This document shows, piece by piece, positions 7,070 to 17,300 of a DNA stretch of 64,000 bases (the first letter of the stretch is position 1; each line of letters starts with the position of its first letter). The notes under the pieces are model-generated. The model had not been told where the DNA came from. It searched no databases and was given only the letters and a program-made list of their open reading frames with translations. Both the position numbers and the translations under genes were made by a program. The stretch is from positions 96,001 through 160,000 of the IMG/VR virus record IMGVR_UViG_3300020411_003715, one strand, 5' to 3'. This DNA comes from a virus.

Positions 7070-7603
7070 ATGCCTTCTAAAGAGCAAATACATCGGCTTG
7101 CCGATAAGCTAAACATACCCTGGGACAATGACCCCTCTTTCAAGTCATGGTCCAAGAGGGTCACTGGGAAAGCGCATCTTGACAACATGACTCCCGAAGA
7201 GCTTAGCAGGCTGAAGAAAGCCCTAGCCAAGAGAAGGGCGAAGAAGAAGCTAGCATCGGCTTTTTCCGAGAGTTTGTACAAGGAGGCATCACTCCTTGCA
7301 AAAGCGTTGGCGTTCGTTAAAAAGCTTAAGTCTGCTCCCAAAAAGGTGAAGAGCTTTGCTGGAGGATTACCTAAAGATGAGCTTGCTGTGTTCAATATCG
7401 GGCTTGCCTCACCCCTTCCCGGAGGAAGTATTGCGGGATGGGGAGCGTATAAGGGTGCGAAAGAGGGGATTAAGGCGCTTAAGGACGGTCTCCCATTTTC
7501 AGCCTACAGAAAGTTGAACAAGGCTGTAGCGAAGAGCGATAGAATTAATTTTACCAAAAAGGGTGGCCTTCTTCCGTTGTACCTAGGGATGGGCCGGCAC
7601 TAA
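7070..7603 (+). CDS. Lys-rich hypothetical protein with KLAS/KEAS motifs
   Basis: 177-aa ORF; RRAKKKLASAFSESLYKEASLL; hydrophobic hairpin FNIGLASPLPGGSIAGWGAY. Confidence 0.7.
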   Translation: MPSKEQIHRLADKLNIPWDNDPSFKSWSKRVTGKAHLDNMTPEELSRLKKALAKRRAKKKLASAFSESLYKEASLLAKALAFVKKLKSAPKKVKSFAGGLPKDELAVFNIGLASPLPGGSIAGWGAYKGAKEGIKALKDGLPFSAYRKLNKAVAKSDRINFTKKGGLLPLYLGMGRH

Positions 7604-7608
7604 CTTGC

Positions 7609-7636
7609 TCGACAAGTGGAATGGTGAATGTATAAT
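7609..7636 (+). promoter_or_regulatory. Candidate sigma70-type promoter TCGACA-N16-TATAAT
   Basis: TCGACA 7609-7614 and TATAAT 7631-7636 in an AT-rich intergenic gap ahead of two small genes. Confidence 0.4.
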
Positions 7637-7700
7637 TCACACCCCTGTTGTAATAATGCTATTAGGGGTTAATACTTTAACTGATAATTGGAGGTCTAGA

Positions 7701-7811
7701 ATGAATGAGTATATGTGGGGAGTTGTTACCGGATCTGTTGTAACACCCTTCGCCTGGGTTTGTTTAAAATGGTGTATGGCCAAGCTTAAAGCGGTTCTTG
7801 CTAAGAACTAA
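7701..7811 (+). CDS. 36-aa hydrophobic, possibly membrane-associated protein
   Basis: GGAGG then ATG at 7701; MNEYMWGVVTGSVVTPFAWVCLKWCMAKLKAVLAKN. Confidence 0.6.
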   Translation: MNEYMWGVVTGSVVTPFAWVCLKWCMAKLKAVLAKN

Positions 7812-7821
7812 GGAGAATAGA

Positions 7822-8001
7822 ATGACACTTCAGATGGCCGTTCAGGCTTTATCGACAAAACTTGGCAGCGCCCTTGAGGACATTGCCAAGTTTGAGGACA
7901 AGGGTAATGACGCTGCTGCTCGAAGAGCGCGTAAAAGCCTTCAAGAGATTGCTGTAGCATGCAAAGAGCTTCGGGCAGCGATTCAGGAAAAGCGTAAGTA
8001 G
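7822..8001 (+). CDS. Histone H1-like (Hc1-family) small DNA-binding protein
   Basis: AGGAG RBS at 7811; KFEDKGNDAAARRARKSLQEIAVACKELR resembles the GNKAAGxRARK motif of small bacterial/phage Hc1-like proteins (recalled, not searched). Confidence 0.7.
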   Translation: MTLQMAVQALSTKLGSALEDIAKFEDKGNDAAARRARKSLQEIAVACKELRAAIQEKRK

Positions 8002-8075
8002 TTTTGGCTAAGTGGGGACATGGGTTTATTTATTCATAGGATTCAAGCCGCACATGGCCTAGGGAGATATAAGGT

Positions 8076-11000
8076 ATGAGTTGCAATCGCCCTACGGGCC
8101 CATATGATTCTGGGACAAATGCCGGATTTCAGACGTTCACCGCCGAGGTGAACACCGCTACAAATCCGTCTACCGACGTTAAGGTGTCCTGGATTTGGTA
8201 TCCTGATGGATTCGAGACCCATAACGAGAGCACGCCGCCCGCCACACCAACAGCCTGTCACATATCCCATGTAAAGGTTTACAGGGATGGCGTTGAGGTT
8301 TCTTCTGGTGATGGCGTCGCGGTCAACCGCAATGATGACCACCAGGGCGTGCCTGACATGTATGATGTCGGGGAGTTTTTCGACACAGGCCTTACCCCAG
8401 GAACCACTTATAGCTACACAATAACCGCTTACATTTACGACTCCAGCCCCGCGCAAGAGTCCTTGCCCACAAGCGCAGTGACGGTAACGACCGCGTCGAC
8501 CTCAAATCAGCAGTCGAACAACGCACCGGTGGCCAGTGACAGTTCTGAGACGGTTGTGGAAAACGGTACGCTGACCGCAACAGCCGTTGCTACAGACGCT
8601 GATGGTGATGCGCTTACTTACTCTATAGCCACAAACCCTGCGAACGGAACGGTCTCTATAAATACGTCAACGGGCGCGTATACATATGTGCCTACTGCGA
8701 ACTATATTGGTTCGGACACTTTTTCCTTCTTTGTGACTGATGGCGTTGCGAGCGATTCAGGGACCGTAAGCATCACGGTCTCTAGAGCGGTTCCAAACCC
8801 TTGGTACATCTCTGTAACGGATGCCGTAACATCCCCATGGGTAGAGGGGAAACTTGTTTGGGCAGAGACAGTTTCGAACTCTGTAGACCTTGAGGGGTTC
8901 AAGCTTTACCAGCGGGTGTCTGGCGCAAGCAGTTGGACCTTGATCTCAGACGTTTCCGTAGGCCTCGGCAATACCCCGACAGCACAACAAACAGAACACA
9001 TTGCGACAGGCCTTACGGCGTCCACGTCCTATGAGTTTTATGTTGTTGCCTACAACAGCAGCGGAAACTCTACAAATTCTAACACGGCGTATTACACGAC
9101 AGTCGCTACCCCGACAGGGATGCAGACTATTGATGTAGACGAGCAAGGGGAGACTGGGGTCATATCAGTCACCGGTGTTTTCTATGACGGGTGGGGATGG
9201 ACTGAGACAGATCCAGGAAGCCAAACCGACGTAACGCAGTGGCCTAACGTTAATATGATCTCGAACAACAGCATGAGTGCAACTAGCACTTTTGCAGCGG
9301 GGGCGCATACAATCTATGCCGCAGCGAAGGGATGGGCAACGCCCTCCCTCACGCACCAGATCTCGTTTAACACCTATAATGGGATACAGACCACCCCCGT
9401 AGTGACCGTGTCACAAGACACGAATACACTTAATGTCTCTGTACCGCACTCTGGCTCGTATGATTGGCAAGACCTTTATTACCGAGTCGACGTTACCGGA
9501 TGGAGCGGATCTCCAGGAACACTCCTCTCTGGAACAGGGTGGGTAGCCGCTAACCAAGACGCGTCCGGAAACTTCTCAGTGGACATCACCGGGCTCAACC
9601 CAAGCTCATCCATTGGCGACCACTTCATCGAAGTGCTCGGAGCCTATACAGAGAACGGCCAACCAGAACAGGCGGGCAGCGTTGTAAGCGCTACGTTCAC
9701 AAAATGGGCAGGGATCCAAGACATCCAGGTGACCGTAAACGGGGATGATGGAACACCCAACAACGTAACAATAGTCGTTCAGGGCCTTAGCCCGGATACT
9801 CCGCATGGGTGGAGATTTTCATTCACAGGGCCCCCTGAGGATGGAAACGGAAGTCCACTAACTGACCTATCTAGCTGGGGAGAGTTCGTTCCCGGAGAGG
9901 TTGTGTACACAAACCCAAACACAACCCACAATACGATGATAAAGCGTGCGGGCACGTATGATGTTTGGGCACAAGCATGTTGGGATGATGGAACCCCAGT
10001 TGTCGCCAACCCGCTCGTGGCAGGGAAGGGTTACGTTCAGTACGGACCTTTCACTGTGGCACAGCACGCATACACAGGCTTGACCGAACTGGACGTACAT
10101 CTGCTGGGTGACAACAGAATTAGACTTCATGCTCGTGGGCACGAAGACACTGCTTATGACCACTGGCGATACTCAATAAACAATATGTTTAGTGGGAGCG
10201 CGCCCGGTGACTCTATTAGCGGGGAAGGCGTCTCTGTTCCTGACGGGGATACCGTCGAGGTCGATCTCACAGAAGACCAGCTAGAGACAGGAAGAGTTAT
10301 TATTTACGCTGCGGGCGTTGATACCAATGACCTTCTCATAAGTGCGGCTAGTGGCTCACAACCAGTGCTTGTACGCGTGGTTGAGGTACCAGAAGCACCT
10401 GGGACTGTGGTCACCCTAGATACCTCGTACGACCCATCCAGTATTGAGGTCAGCCCTCATTTCTTCCAGCCAGCTGTGGCCGAACGGATCAGCGAAGATG
10501 CTATCAGGGTAACCAGTGCAGACCTTGCTACCGCGTTAGGTTTTACAACTCAAGCCACATTGGATCAGTTTATTCCGGCGTACGAGGATTCTCTAGCTTT
10601 GCTAGAAAGTCTTTCTGTGGCACCCCCGAACTTTGGTTCGGCTGATTTCAGTGCAATGGTGACGGATAACTTCCTAACCATCGACAACGGGATTCTGTCG
10701 GACACAACCGCAGCAAGTGGTGGGGGCATTATGAAGCTCGTCGATGAGCTTGACACTCCCAGAGCAGTGCTTTCTTGGAGAATTTCAAAACTCGCAAGGG
10801 AGGGGTCCATCACCAATGAGCGCGCACAGGAACTTCTATTCGGAAGCACTTTTGAAACCCCGCACACCCTTGAGACGACAGACGCAAACAACAATCCTGT
10901 CGAAGCACAGACAACCTCTGTTACACGAAGGTTTCTCTCCGTAGGCGACACAAACCCCACAGTGACGCACGGCGCTTCTGATGGGATTGCGTATTCGACC

Positions 11001-11645
11001 CAAGAGAGCATAGAGGCTATGCCGGCTACGACGAGGTATAACAAAACGGAGGAGTGGCTTTATACCAATGGGTACTACCAAACGCATTTTAAGCGTGATG
11101 GTACGGCTCGCACTTGGGCAGAGACGCAACAAGAGTCTCGAAAAGGGTTCACTAACGTAAGGGGGCTTGGCTTTTATAACAATGCCAATTTGCGTGACTT
11201 TATCAACGACGACCCCATGCTTGCGGGAATCACAGAGGCATCCGGAGTATATGTGTCGAGCTACGCCACCTCAGAAGAATCGGGGCTAAGCTCAGCCTTA
11301 CCGGATCCAGGCTATGTGCCTGGGGCGCTAAATGTGCACCCGTATTCCTTGATTCTTATAGATGCTACGATATCCCCAAAAGGGGTTGTGGGGTCGAACG
11401 ACCCGTTGGGATGGAGTGAATACCTCAACTATTTTTCGTGGATGGAGACCGACGCCAATGGCGCGGTGCTTCCAACCGCACAGCAAACGGCAGCGCTTCA
11501 AGCGTGCTTTGATGCCGAATGGACAACAGATCCTAATGTCTGGGGGACAGGACAACAAAGATCTGAGTACTTAGATGAGGTAGCAGAGATAGCTACCCTG
11601 CTCGGATTAACCATAAACATGTATGGGTACACCCCAACACCATAA
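8076..11645 (+). CDS. Large Ig-fold virion/surface protein (FN3 plus cadherin-like/Big_9 domains)
   Basis: DTGLTPGTTYSYTITAY and TGLTASTSYEFYVVAYN (FN3); NNAPVASD...ATDADGDALTYSI...GAYTYVP...GSDTFSFFVTDG (cadherin-like). Confidence 0.8.
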   Translation: MSCNRPTGPYDSGTNAGFQTFTAEVNTATNPSTDVKVSWIWYPDGFETHNESTPPATPTACHISHVKVYRDGVEVSSGDGVAVNRNDDHQGVPDMYDVGEFFDTGLTPGTTYSYTITAYIYDSSPAQESLPTSAVTVTTASTSNQQSNNAPVASDSSETVVENGTLTATAVATDADGDALTYSIATNPANGTVSINTSTGAYTYVPTANYIGSDTFSFFVTDGVASDSGTVSITVSRAVPNPWYISVTDAVTSPWVEGKLVWAETVSNSVDLEGFKLYQRVSGASSWTLISDVSVGLGNTPTAQQTEHIATGLTASTSYEFYVVAYNSSGNSTNSNTAYYTTVATPTGMQTIDVDEQGETGVISVTGVFYDGWGWTETDPGSQTDVTQWPNVNMISNNSMSATSTFAAGAHTIYAAAKGWATPSLTHQISFNTYNGIQTTPVVTVSQDTNTLNVSVPHSGSYDWQDLYYRVDVTGWSGSPGTLLSGTGWVAANQDASGNFSVDITGLNPSSSIGDHFIEVLGAYTENGQPEQAGSVVSATFTKWAGIQDIQVTVNGDDGTPNNVTIVVQGLSPDTPHGWRFSFTGPPEDGNGSPLTDLSSWGEFVPGEVVYTNPNTTHNTMIKRAGTYDVWAQACWDDGTPVVANPLVAGKGYVQYGPFTVAQHAYTGLTELDVHLLGDNRIRLHARGHEDTAYDHWRYSINNMFSGSAPGDSISGEGVSVPDGDTVEVDLTEDQLETGRVIIYAAGVDTNDLLISAASGSQPVLVRVVEVPEAPGTVVTLDTSYDPSSIEVSPHFFQPAVAERISEDAIRVTSADLATALGFTTQATLDQFIPAYEDSLALLESLSVAPPNFGSADFSAMVTDNFLTIDNGILSDTTAASGGGIMKLVDELDTPRAVLSWRISKLAREGSITNERAQELLFGSTFETPHTLETTDANNNPVEAQTTSVTRRFLSVGDTNPTVTHGASDGIAYSTQESIEAMPATTRYNKTEEWLYTNGYYQTHFKRDGTARTWAETQQESRKGFTNVRGLGFYNNANLRDFINDDPMLAGITEASGVYVSSYATSEESGLSSALPDPGYVPGALNVHPYSLILIDATISPKGVVGSNDPLGWSEYLNYFSWMETDANGAVLPTAQQTAALQACFDAEWTTDPNVWGTGQQRSEYLDEVAEIATLLGLTINMYGYTPTP

Positions 11646-11657
11646 GGAGCGCTGATA

Positions 11658-11990
11658 ATGAGACCACTTTTTACTATTTTACTTTTACTCGCCGTTATCC
11701 CTGACTTTGTTGGTTGTGCATCGGATGACTGCCACACCCAAGCAGATCAAGACGCCATGGAAGTGGCGGACGCACTTTCTGATGAAGATGTCGATGCACC
11801 AGACGGCTCTTGGCATGACCAGTACATCGCAGACAATTGCGCAAGATGCCCAGACTGCTGTGTTGATATCGGTGATGCTGACGCAGAAGCCGACGCAGAG
11901 GTTGATGCCGCTGGGGATGCCAATGATTCGGATGCTGGGGTTGATGCGGACGCCGGTGGACCAGATGCGGACGAGGAGGATGCCGAATGA
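11658..11990 (+). CDS. Predicted lipoprotein with Cys cluster and acidic D/A-rich tail
   Basis: MRPLFTILLLLAVIPDFVGC signal with possible lipobox; CARCPDCC; DADAEADAEVDAAGDANDSDAGVDADAGGPDADEEDAE. Confidence 0.6.
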   Translation: MRPLFTILLLLAVIPDFVGCASDDCHTQADQDAMEVADALSDEDVDAPDGSWHDQYIADNCARCPDCCVDIGDADAEADAEVDAAGDANDSDAGVDADAGGPDADEEDAE

Positions 11991-12373
11991 ACGCTCTAGA
12001 GAAACATGCCAAGAAAAAGGAAAAAGAGAAGGACGCATCAGCCACACTTCCTGCAGAGCAGCTTATCGGGATGCGAGAAGAGATGGAGGACATCTGGAGA
12101 GAAGAGGTTGAGAAGGTAGCGGTGAGCATCCAGAAGGCTTATGAGATTGACAACAAGTCTAAAAACCAGCTTCGGCAAGTGGCGCAGAAAGCCATGAGTA
12201 CCGACCCTTCTGACCCAAAGCTCCAAGCTATCGCCAATCATCCCAACGCTAAAAAAATGGCGGTAGCTGCTGAGAGACTAGGAAGAAAGATCATGTCCCA
12301 AAAAGGGGGCGTGCATAAGCAACTTGCTTCTGGGTACGGAGCCCTTCCGCCAGGAACAAAAGGAATGTCTTGA
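11987..12373 (+). CDS. MNALEKHA-leader protein
   Basis: ATGA overlap with the lipoprotein stop; MNALEKHAKKK; internal EKVAVS. Confidence 0.8.
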   Translation: MNALEKHAKKKEKEKDASATLPAEQLIGMREEMEDIWREEVEKVAVSIQKAYEIDNKSKNQLRQVAQKAMSTDPSDPKLQAIANHPNAKKMAVAAERLGRKIMSQKGGVHKQLASGYGALPPGTKGMS

Positions 12374-12454
12374 TCGATATTGGCAGACTACTTCGTGTAG
12401 GGCCGCTTACACGATATTATCGTGTAATGGTTGGGGCCAAACACGGAGGATACT

Positions 12455-12595
12455 GTGGCAACAGTGTTGTTTTTATTGGCAGCGATTCTTTTTTTAACTG
12501 CGGAACAAAGGCTGATGGAATCAGAGCTAAAGAGGTCTCAAGAACGATTTCGAGACGAACTGCTCGGAGATAACCCAGACGACGATAGGAGTTAG
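12455..12595 (+). CDS. Small single-TM protein not in the ORF track (MATVLFLLAAILFLTAEQRLMESELKRSQERFRDELLGDNPDDDRS)
   Basis: GGAGGA at 12445-12450, GTG at 12455, TAG at 12593-12595, two bases before the next ATG. A TTG start at 12431 is also possible. Confidence 0.6.
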   Translation: MATVLFLLAAILFLTAEQRLMESELKRSQERFRDELLGDNPDDDRS

Positions 12596-12597
12596 CG

Positions 12598-14322
12598 ATG
12601 GGCAACAAGGTATGTCTTGTAGAGCCAGATCCCTTCTTAGCTGCAGGGAACACTGTTAGCTCGTTTATTCCTAACTTTGTTTCTGGTGATTTCGATGCGG
12701 AGAAGGCAAAACTAGAGAAGGCGGTGAGCGGGGGCTTCAACATGGCGGACATTCTCAATGTGTCCAGGCCCTTGAATGGTATCGCCGTAAAGCCGAACAC
12801 ACATGCGTTTGTTCAAGTAATTGATGCGAACCAAAGAGTCGTAAAGGTGTTCAACCAGCTTGGTTTCCCAGGAAGCACTGGGCAGTCGGGCGAGTACCTT
12901 GGGGGAAGCTACAACCCTAAAGACTTAATTGAGGCCGATGCCGGGGATGCAAAACTATCTCCCAGATCTGGGGCCGTAAAAGGAAAGGCTGGAAAGACCG
13001 CCAAGTGGCCCTGGGAAACATATAAACAGGGAGTTCCTGGAAACCCTGGCGCGGGAATGGATGACAAGGGAAACCCGGCCTCGCACGCGTGGACGGACTG
13101 GATCCTCCAGCAAGTCAGAGAAGTGCGGGTAGAAAAAACCCAGCTTGTTGAAACCTTTGGGGACAGCTACCTGTATGCCTTTGGTGAGAAGCCAAGAGTA
13201 CTCCAATTCAGTGGCCTCTTAATGAACACAGCGGACTATAACTGGCGGGCTGTGTTCTGGGAAAACTGGGATAACTTCTTCCGGGCGACTAAGCTGGTCC
13301 AGCGTAATGCTAGGATGTATATCGGGTGGGACGATATCCTCGTGGAAGGCTATCCGATCCAGGCAATGGCACAAGAGGCCTCAGACAGCCCCAACGCCCT
13401 CTCCTTCTCCTTCCAATTCTACGTAACAAGTTACAATAATATTTCTATGGCTAATCGGGTATCCGCCCTGCAGGCCAAGAAGCTTCACCGGATCTCAACA
13501 ACCAGATCGATGTGGTCTTCCCAGCCCGTAAAGCAAGCAGAGCTTGGCAACAAAGGCTGGTCCATCATGGACATGGCCCTAGGTAAAGGCGCAGCAGGAA
13601 ATTTTTTCGGTGCACTAAAGCCTGAAGTGTATAACAGTGCCACGGGTAAATGGGAGTATTACGATGTTGAATCTGGAACGTATAAAGACGCGGGATCTCC
13701 AAGCACAAACCCCTTCTCCAAATTGGGTGTTCGCTTAGCGAAGCGGGCTGCAGACATGCTGACAAAGCTACCATTCAAGTTGGCGACCGGAAGATCTGCG
13801 AACCTAACAGCGTTTGTCCAGGCCGGACTTGCCGGAATGGCACTGGATAGCTTTAAGACGGTTGGGGACGTTGCCGTAGAGGGGCTAGAGGATTTCATGG
13901 GTACCAAGCGTGGGGAGGTAAACGCTTGGTTCGGATACATTGGCTCTCTCGCAGACACCGCACTGAGCATCCACAACGGGCGTTGGGATGGGACCCCCAA
14001 TAGCGAGGTTGGGAGTTGGGGTGAGGATATGATGCGGGCCGGGAGCCTTGATGTTATTATCCAAAGGATGGCCTACGCAGCGGTAGGCAAAATAGGAGAC
14101 AGCACGGGCAGATACCGGGATGCCACTACCCTTGTTGAGATAACAGAGGGTAGCAATATGAAGTTTGGCGCGTACCCGGGAGCGGCTGTTGTCGTGAACA
14201 CCGGGGACACTGGGCCAGTTAGCTCCATGGACCTTTCCGCCCTAGGTGACTCCGAGACCTCCTCGGGGGGCCTTGAGGCAGGCGATGAGGTTAAAGAGTG
14301 GTTTGACGAGAACTTTGGGTAG
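12598..14322 (+). CDS. Putative tail-tube initiator / baseplate-proximal structural protein
   Basis: AGGAG RBS; beta-rich core WILQQVREVRVEKTQLVETFGDSYLYAFGEKPRVLQFSGLL...GWDDILVEGY; sits immediately upstream of the hub-like gene. Fold is inferred. Confidence 0.45.
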   Translation: MGNKVCLVEPDPFLAAGNTVSSFIPNFVSGDFDAEKAKLEKAVSGGFNMADILNVSRPLNGIAVKPNTHAFVQVIDANQRVVKVFNQLGFPGSTGQSGEYLGGSYNPKDLIEADAGDAKLSPRSGAVKGKAGKTAKWPWETYKQGVPGNPGAGMDDKGNPASHAWTDWILQQVREVRVEKTQLVETFGDSYLYAFGEKPRVLQFSGLLMNTADYNWRAVFWENWDNFFRATKLVQRNARMYIGWDDILVEGYPIQAMAQEASDSPNALSFSFQFYVTSYNNISMANRVSALQAKKLHRISTTRSMWSSQPVKQAELGNKGWSIMDMALGKGAAGNFFGALKPEVYNSATGKWEYYDVESGTYKDAGSPSTNPFSKLGVRLAKRAADMLTKLPFKLATGRSANLTAFVQAGLAGMALDSFKTVGDVAVEGLEDFMGTKRGEVNAWFGYIGSLADTALSIHNGRWDGTPNSEVGSWGEDMMRAGSLDVIIQRMAYAAVGKIGDSTGRYRDATTLVEITEGSNMKFGAYPGAAVVVNTGDTGPVSSMDLSALGDSETSSGGLEAGDEVKEWFDENFG

Positions 14323-14333
14323 GATTTATTTCT

Positions 14334-17300
14334 GTGGGTGTTAGCACTGCCATACACGGCCGATTTGTTGGCTGCAGAGTATTCCTTGAGGGGATAGAGG
14401 TCGACGTCGTTCAGGCGACGATAACAGGTGGGGTGAATACTCCCGCTACCGCAGACATCATCATTCCATACAATGATTTTATCCACGAGTTCTTACCAAG
14501 AACCCTGGTCCATGTATTCTTCATGGATAGCCGGTACAGGAAGGGGAAAGAGGTTGACACGGAAAAAACCAAGGACCTTGTCAATGCGATACCCAGACTA
14601 AAGAGCACCAAGGACCTGAGGAAGGCAGCGCTTGCCCTGGACAGAAACGATCCAGACAACTGGAAACTAATGTTTGCTGGCGAGGTGTCGGGGTATTCGT
14701 ACCAGAAGGTCGGAGCATTAAGACAGTGCAAGCTTTCGTGCATGGACTTCAGCTCTTACTTCCAGAACGCAAAGCTATATTGGGGCCGTAGAAACACGAG
14801 TCTCCACAGCTACAAGCAGGCGATTTTTGCGGGAGGCACGCAGCTTTACAGGGGCAAGACGAAGGTTGATAGCTCAAACGACCTTGTTAAGCTTTTGTCA
14901 TCAAAACCCTCACTGAAACCAACTCTTCCGGGTCTACTTGGTGGCCTGTTCTCAACACTTGAGTCCGTAACCGGCGTGTACTCTCCGGACGCCACTAGGA
15001 AGTTCAGGGGAACCAACGATTTCTTAAGTCAGGCGGAGCTTCGGTTAAATATATGTAGCATGCTCGGTGCCTCTGAGAAGGACGACACGACAACAACGTT
15101 TCTCAGGAGTAAATCTTTCAAACGCTACCTAAGGCGAATAACCAGACAACTTAAAAGCACCGCATCCTATTACGATATAATGAACCTGATTCTACAGAAG
15201 TGTTATCAGGTTTGGTCCTCCGTCCCAGCGCCACCGTACATGACGGACCAGAGCGTAGTTGTTAAGTGGAACCAAGTAGTAAACGGGTACAGCTACAAGA
15301 AGGACCCCGCGGTAAAGAAAATCTTTGATGAGACGGCTGAAGTCCATAAGCGCATAGGGACGCACCTACAGGTGGCTATTGACAGGACAGTAGGAAGGTC
15401 CAAAGGGAAGGAGGGGTCTGTACCTGCCGGGACGGACCCAGCCAAACATAAGATTCAGGGCGGTAAGGTTGCTGTTGACACAAAAGAGATCTCAACCACA
15501 GCCACCACGGTTGCCTCAAAAACAAAAGACTGGGGAACTGCGGAGCAGCTTAGGGAAAAAGGGTCACAGCACTACCAGAAACACGGGGTTGGGCCAAAGA
15601 GGACTAGTCGTGCAGCTGCGGCCAAAATTAGGGGGGCATATGGTCACCTTGCTAACGCCAAGGCACATCTGGACAAGATTAAGGCTGACGGGGGCAAAAA
15701 GCAGGACGTCCCTCTTCTAAGAAAGGCATACGCGGAGCTAGAAGCCGCCAAGAAGAAGATGGTTAGAGCCGCAGGCGTTCGAACGAAGCCGATGTCAGAG
15801 ACGTTAAGCACCAACCCCAGGCTACATGCATTCTTGTTCCATCCGGATATCTTCATGTGCCCGCCCCCGAAGTGCAACGTTCTTTTCCCAGACGACATAC
15901 AATCTCTTTCTTTTAGTCGCGGGTGGATGAGCGAGATAACCAGGATATGGCTTCACGGAAGGACATCTTCTGGGAAGGCGAGAAAGAACTGCTATTTCGC
16001 ACCGAACACCTCCATCCTCGGGGCATCAGAAGTTGGCAGCAAAGGCGAGGGCCTTGCGGAGACGGCCATAAAAAAGGGGCATGGATTCTTAATGCCCCAT
16101 GAGAAGTACACAGGTATCAATGGCTCTATCGTTGGTCTAGGGGACAACGCTATCTTCAAGAAGCTACACGTCAAGGGTCTCAAAGAAGCAAAAAAGGTGG
16201 CCAGGGCGGAGGCCAAGAAGATCAAGGGAACCGACGCGGAAGCCAAAGCGAAGAGAAAGAAGCTTGTAACAGATGCAATTAACGACTTTTCTGGGGGAGC
16301 GCAGTTTTCCGCACAGCCGCACCTTCAGAGAGCCGCAAACTATATGTTCTTTGCAAGCAGGTACGGATCTAGAAGCATGTCTGTTACCTGCAGATTCTCA
16401 CCGCACCTTGTGGCGAGCTTACCTTGTTTGGTTCTTGATCCCGATGTCGACCAAGACAGCAGGTTTGTTACGGGGAGGTACTCGACGGCGTTTGCGACGG
16501 AGGGAGACAAAGGGGAGCCATCTTTAGACTCCCGTGGGTTCTCTAAGCGTGCATGGGAACAGGACGCAAGCGGCACGAGGGTAGCGGGAACTAAAGGGAC
16601 GCACTATGTGGGCGTAATTGCTAAGGTGCAGCATACCTTTAACGCGAACGGCGGTGCGCAAACACAAGTAATGTTAACAAAGTGTCGTGAGCACAACGAG
16701 TCCGGAAGCTTCTGGGGAGACGACGACGGTGATGGCGTAATGCATGCCAAGGCTGTCAAAAAGAAGTATTGGCGTCGACGGGTTCGGATGAAGAGCAATG
16801 GCGGAAGCATACACAGCACGGACCATTCAGACTATGACCCTAAAGTGACAGGCAACATTAATGGGAACTTTACAGCAAGAGTGGTCCGAAAGGCTGGTAG
16901 CGCGATTGCGGTTGAGAAGCAAACGCCGGGAGCACTTAAGGCTATCCTAGGAAGCCAGTGGAGAAAAAATCGGAGCTACACCGTTGAGCCCGTCATGGAG
17001 AACGGCCAACCAAAAACAGTTGTTGTCGGGAGCCCCCAAACCTTGGCGGACGGGTCGACCTCCGGATCTGGCAAGGAGTTCATGGCCGTAAAGGTTTATT
17101 CAAGACACTCCAAGAATGTTGTAAAACCTATATCCTTCTCTTTTGAAGCCATTACTACGCCACCATGGTTCGCATCCATCTATCATGCTGGAAAAATAGG
17201 CTCAGAGTATTACGGCCCCATGATTGGCTGTGACTCTGTTGTAGACGGAACACCTCTATCCCTCCATGACCCAGAAGCAACTCTGAAGGAGGGGACAAAG

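Noticed and set aside
7605-7700. N-terminal extension of the 7605..7811 track ORF
   Set aside because: The region contains promoter-like elements, and GGAGG supports the start at 7701.
12370-12573. Track ORF MIDIGRLL...
   Set aside because: The overlapping frame 12455..12595 has an RBS, a clear TM helix and tighter coupling to the next gene.
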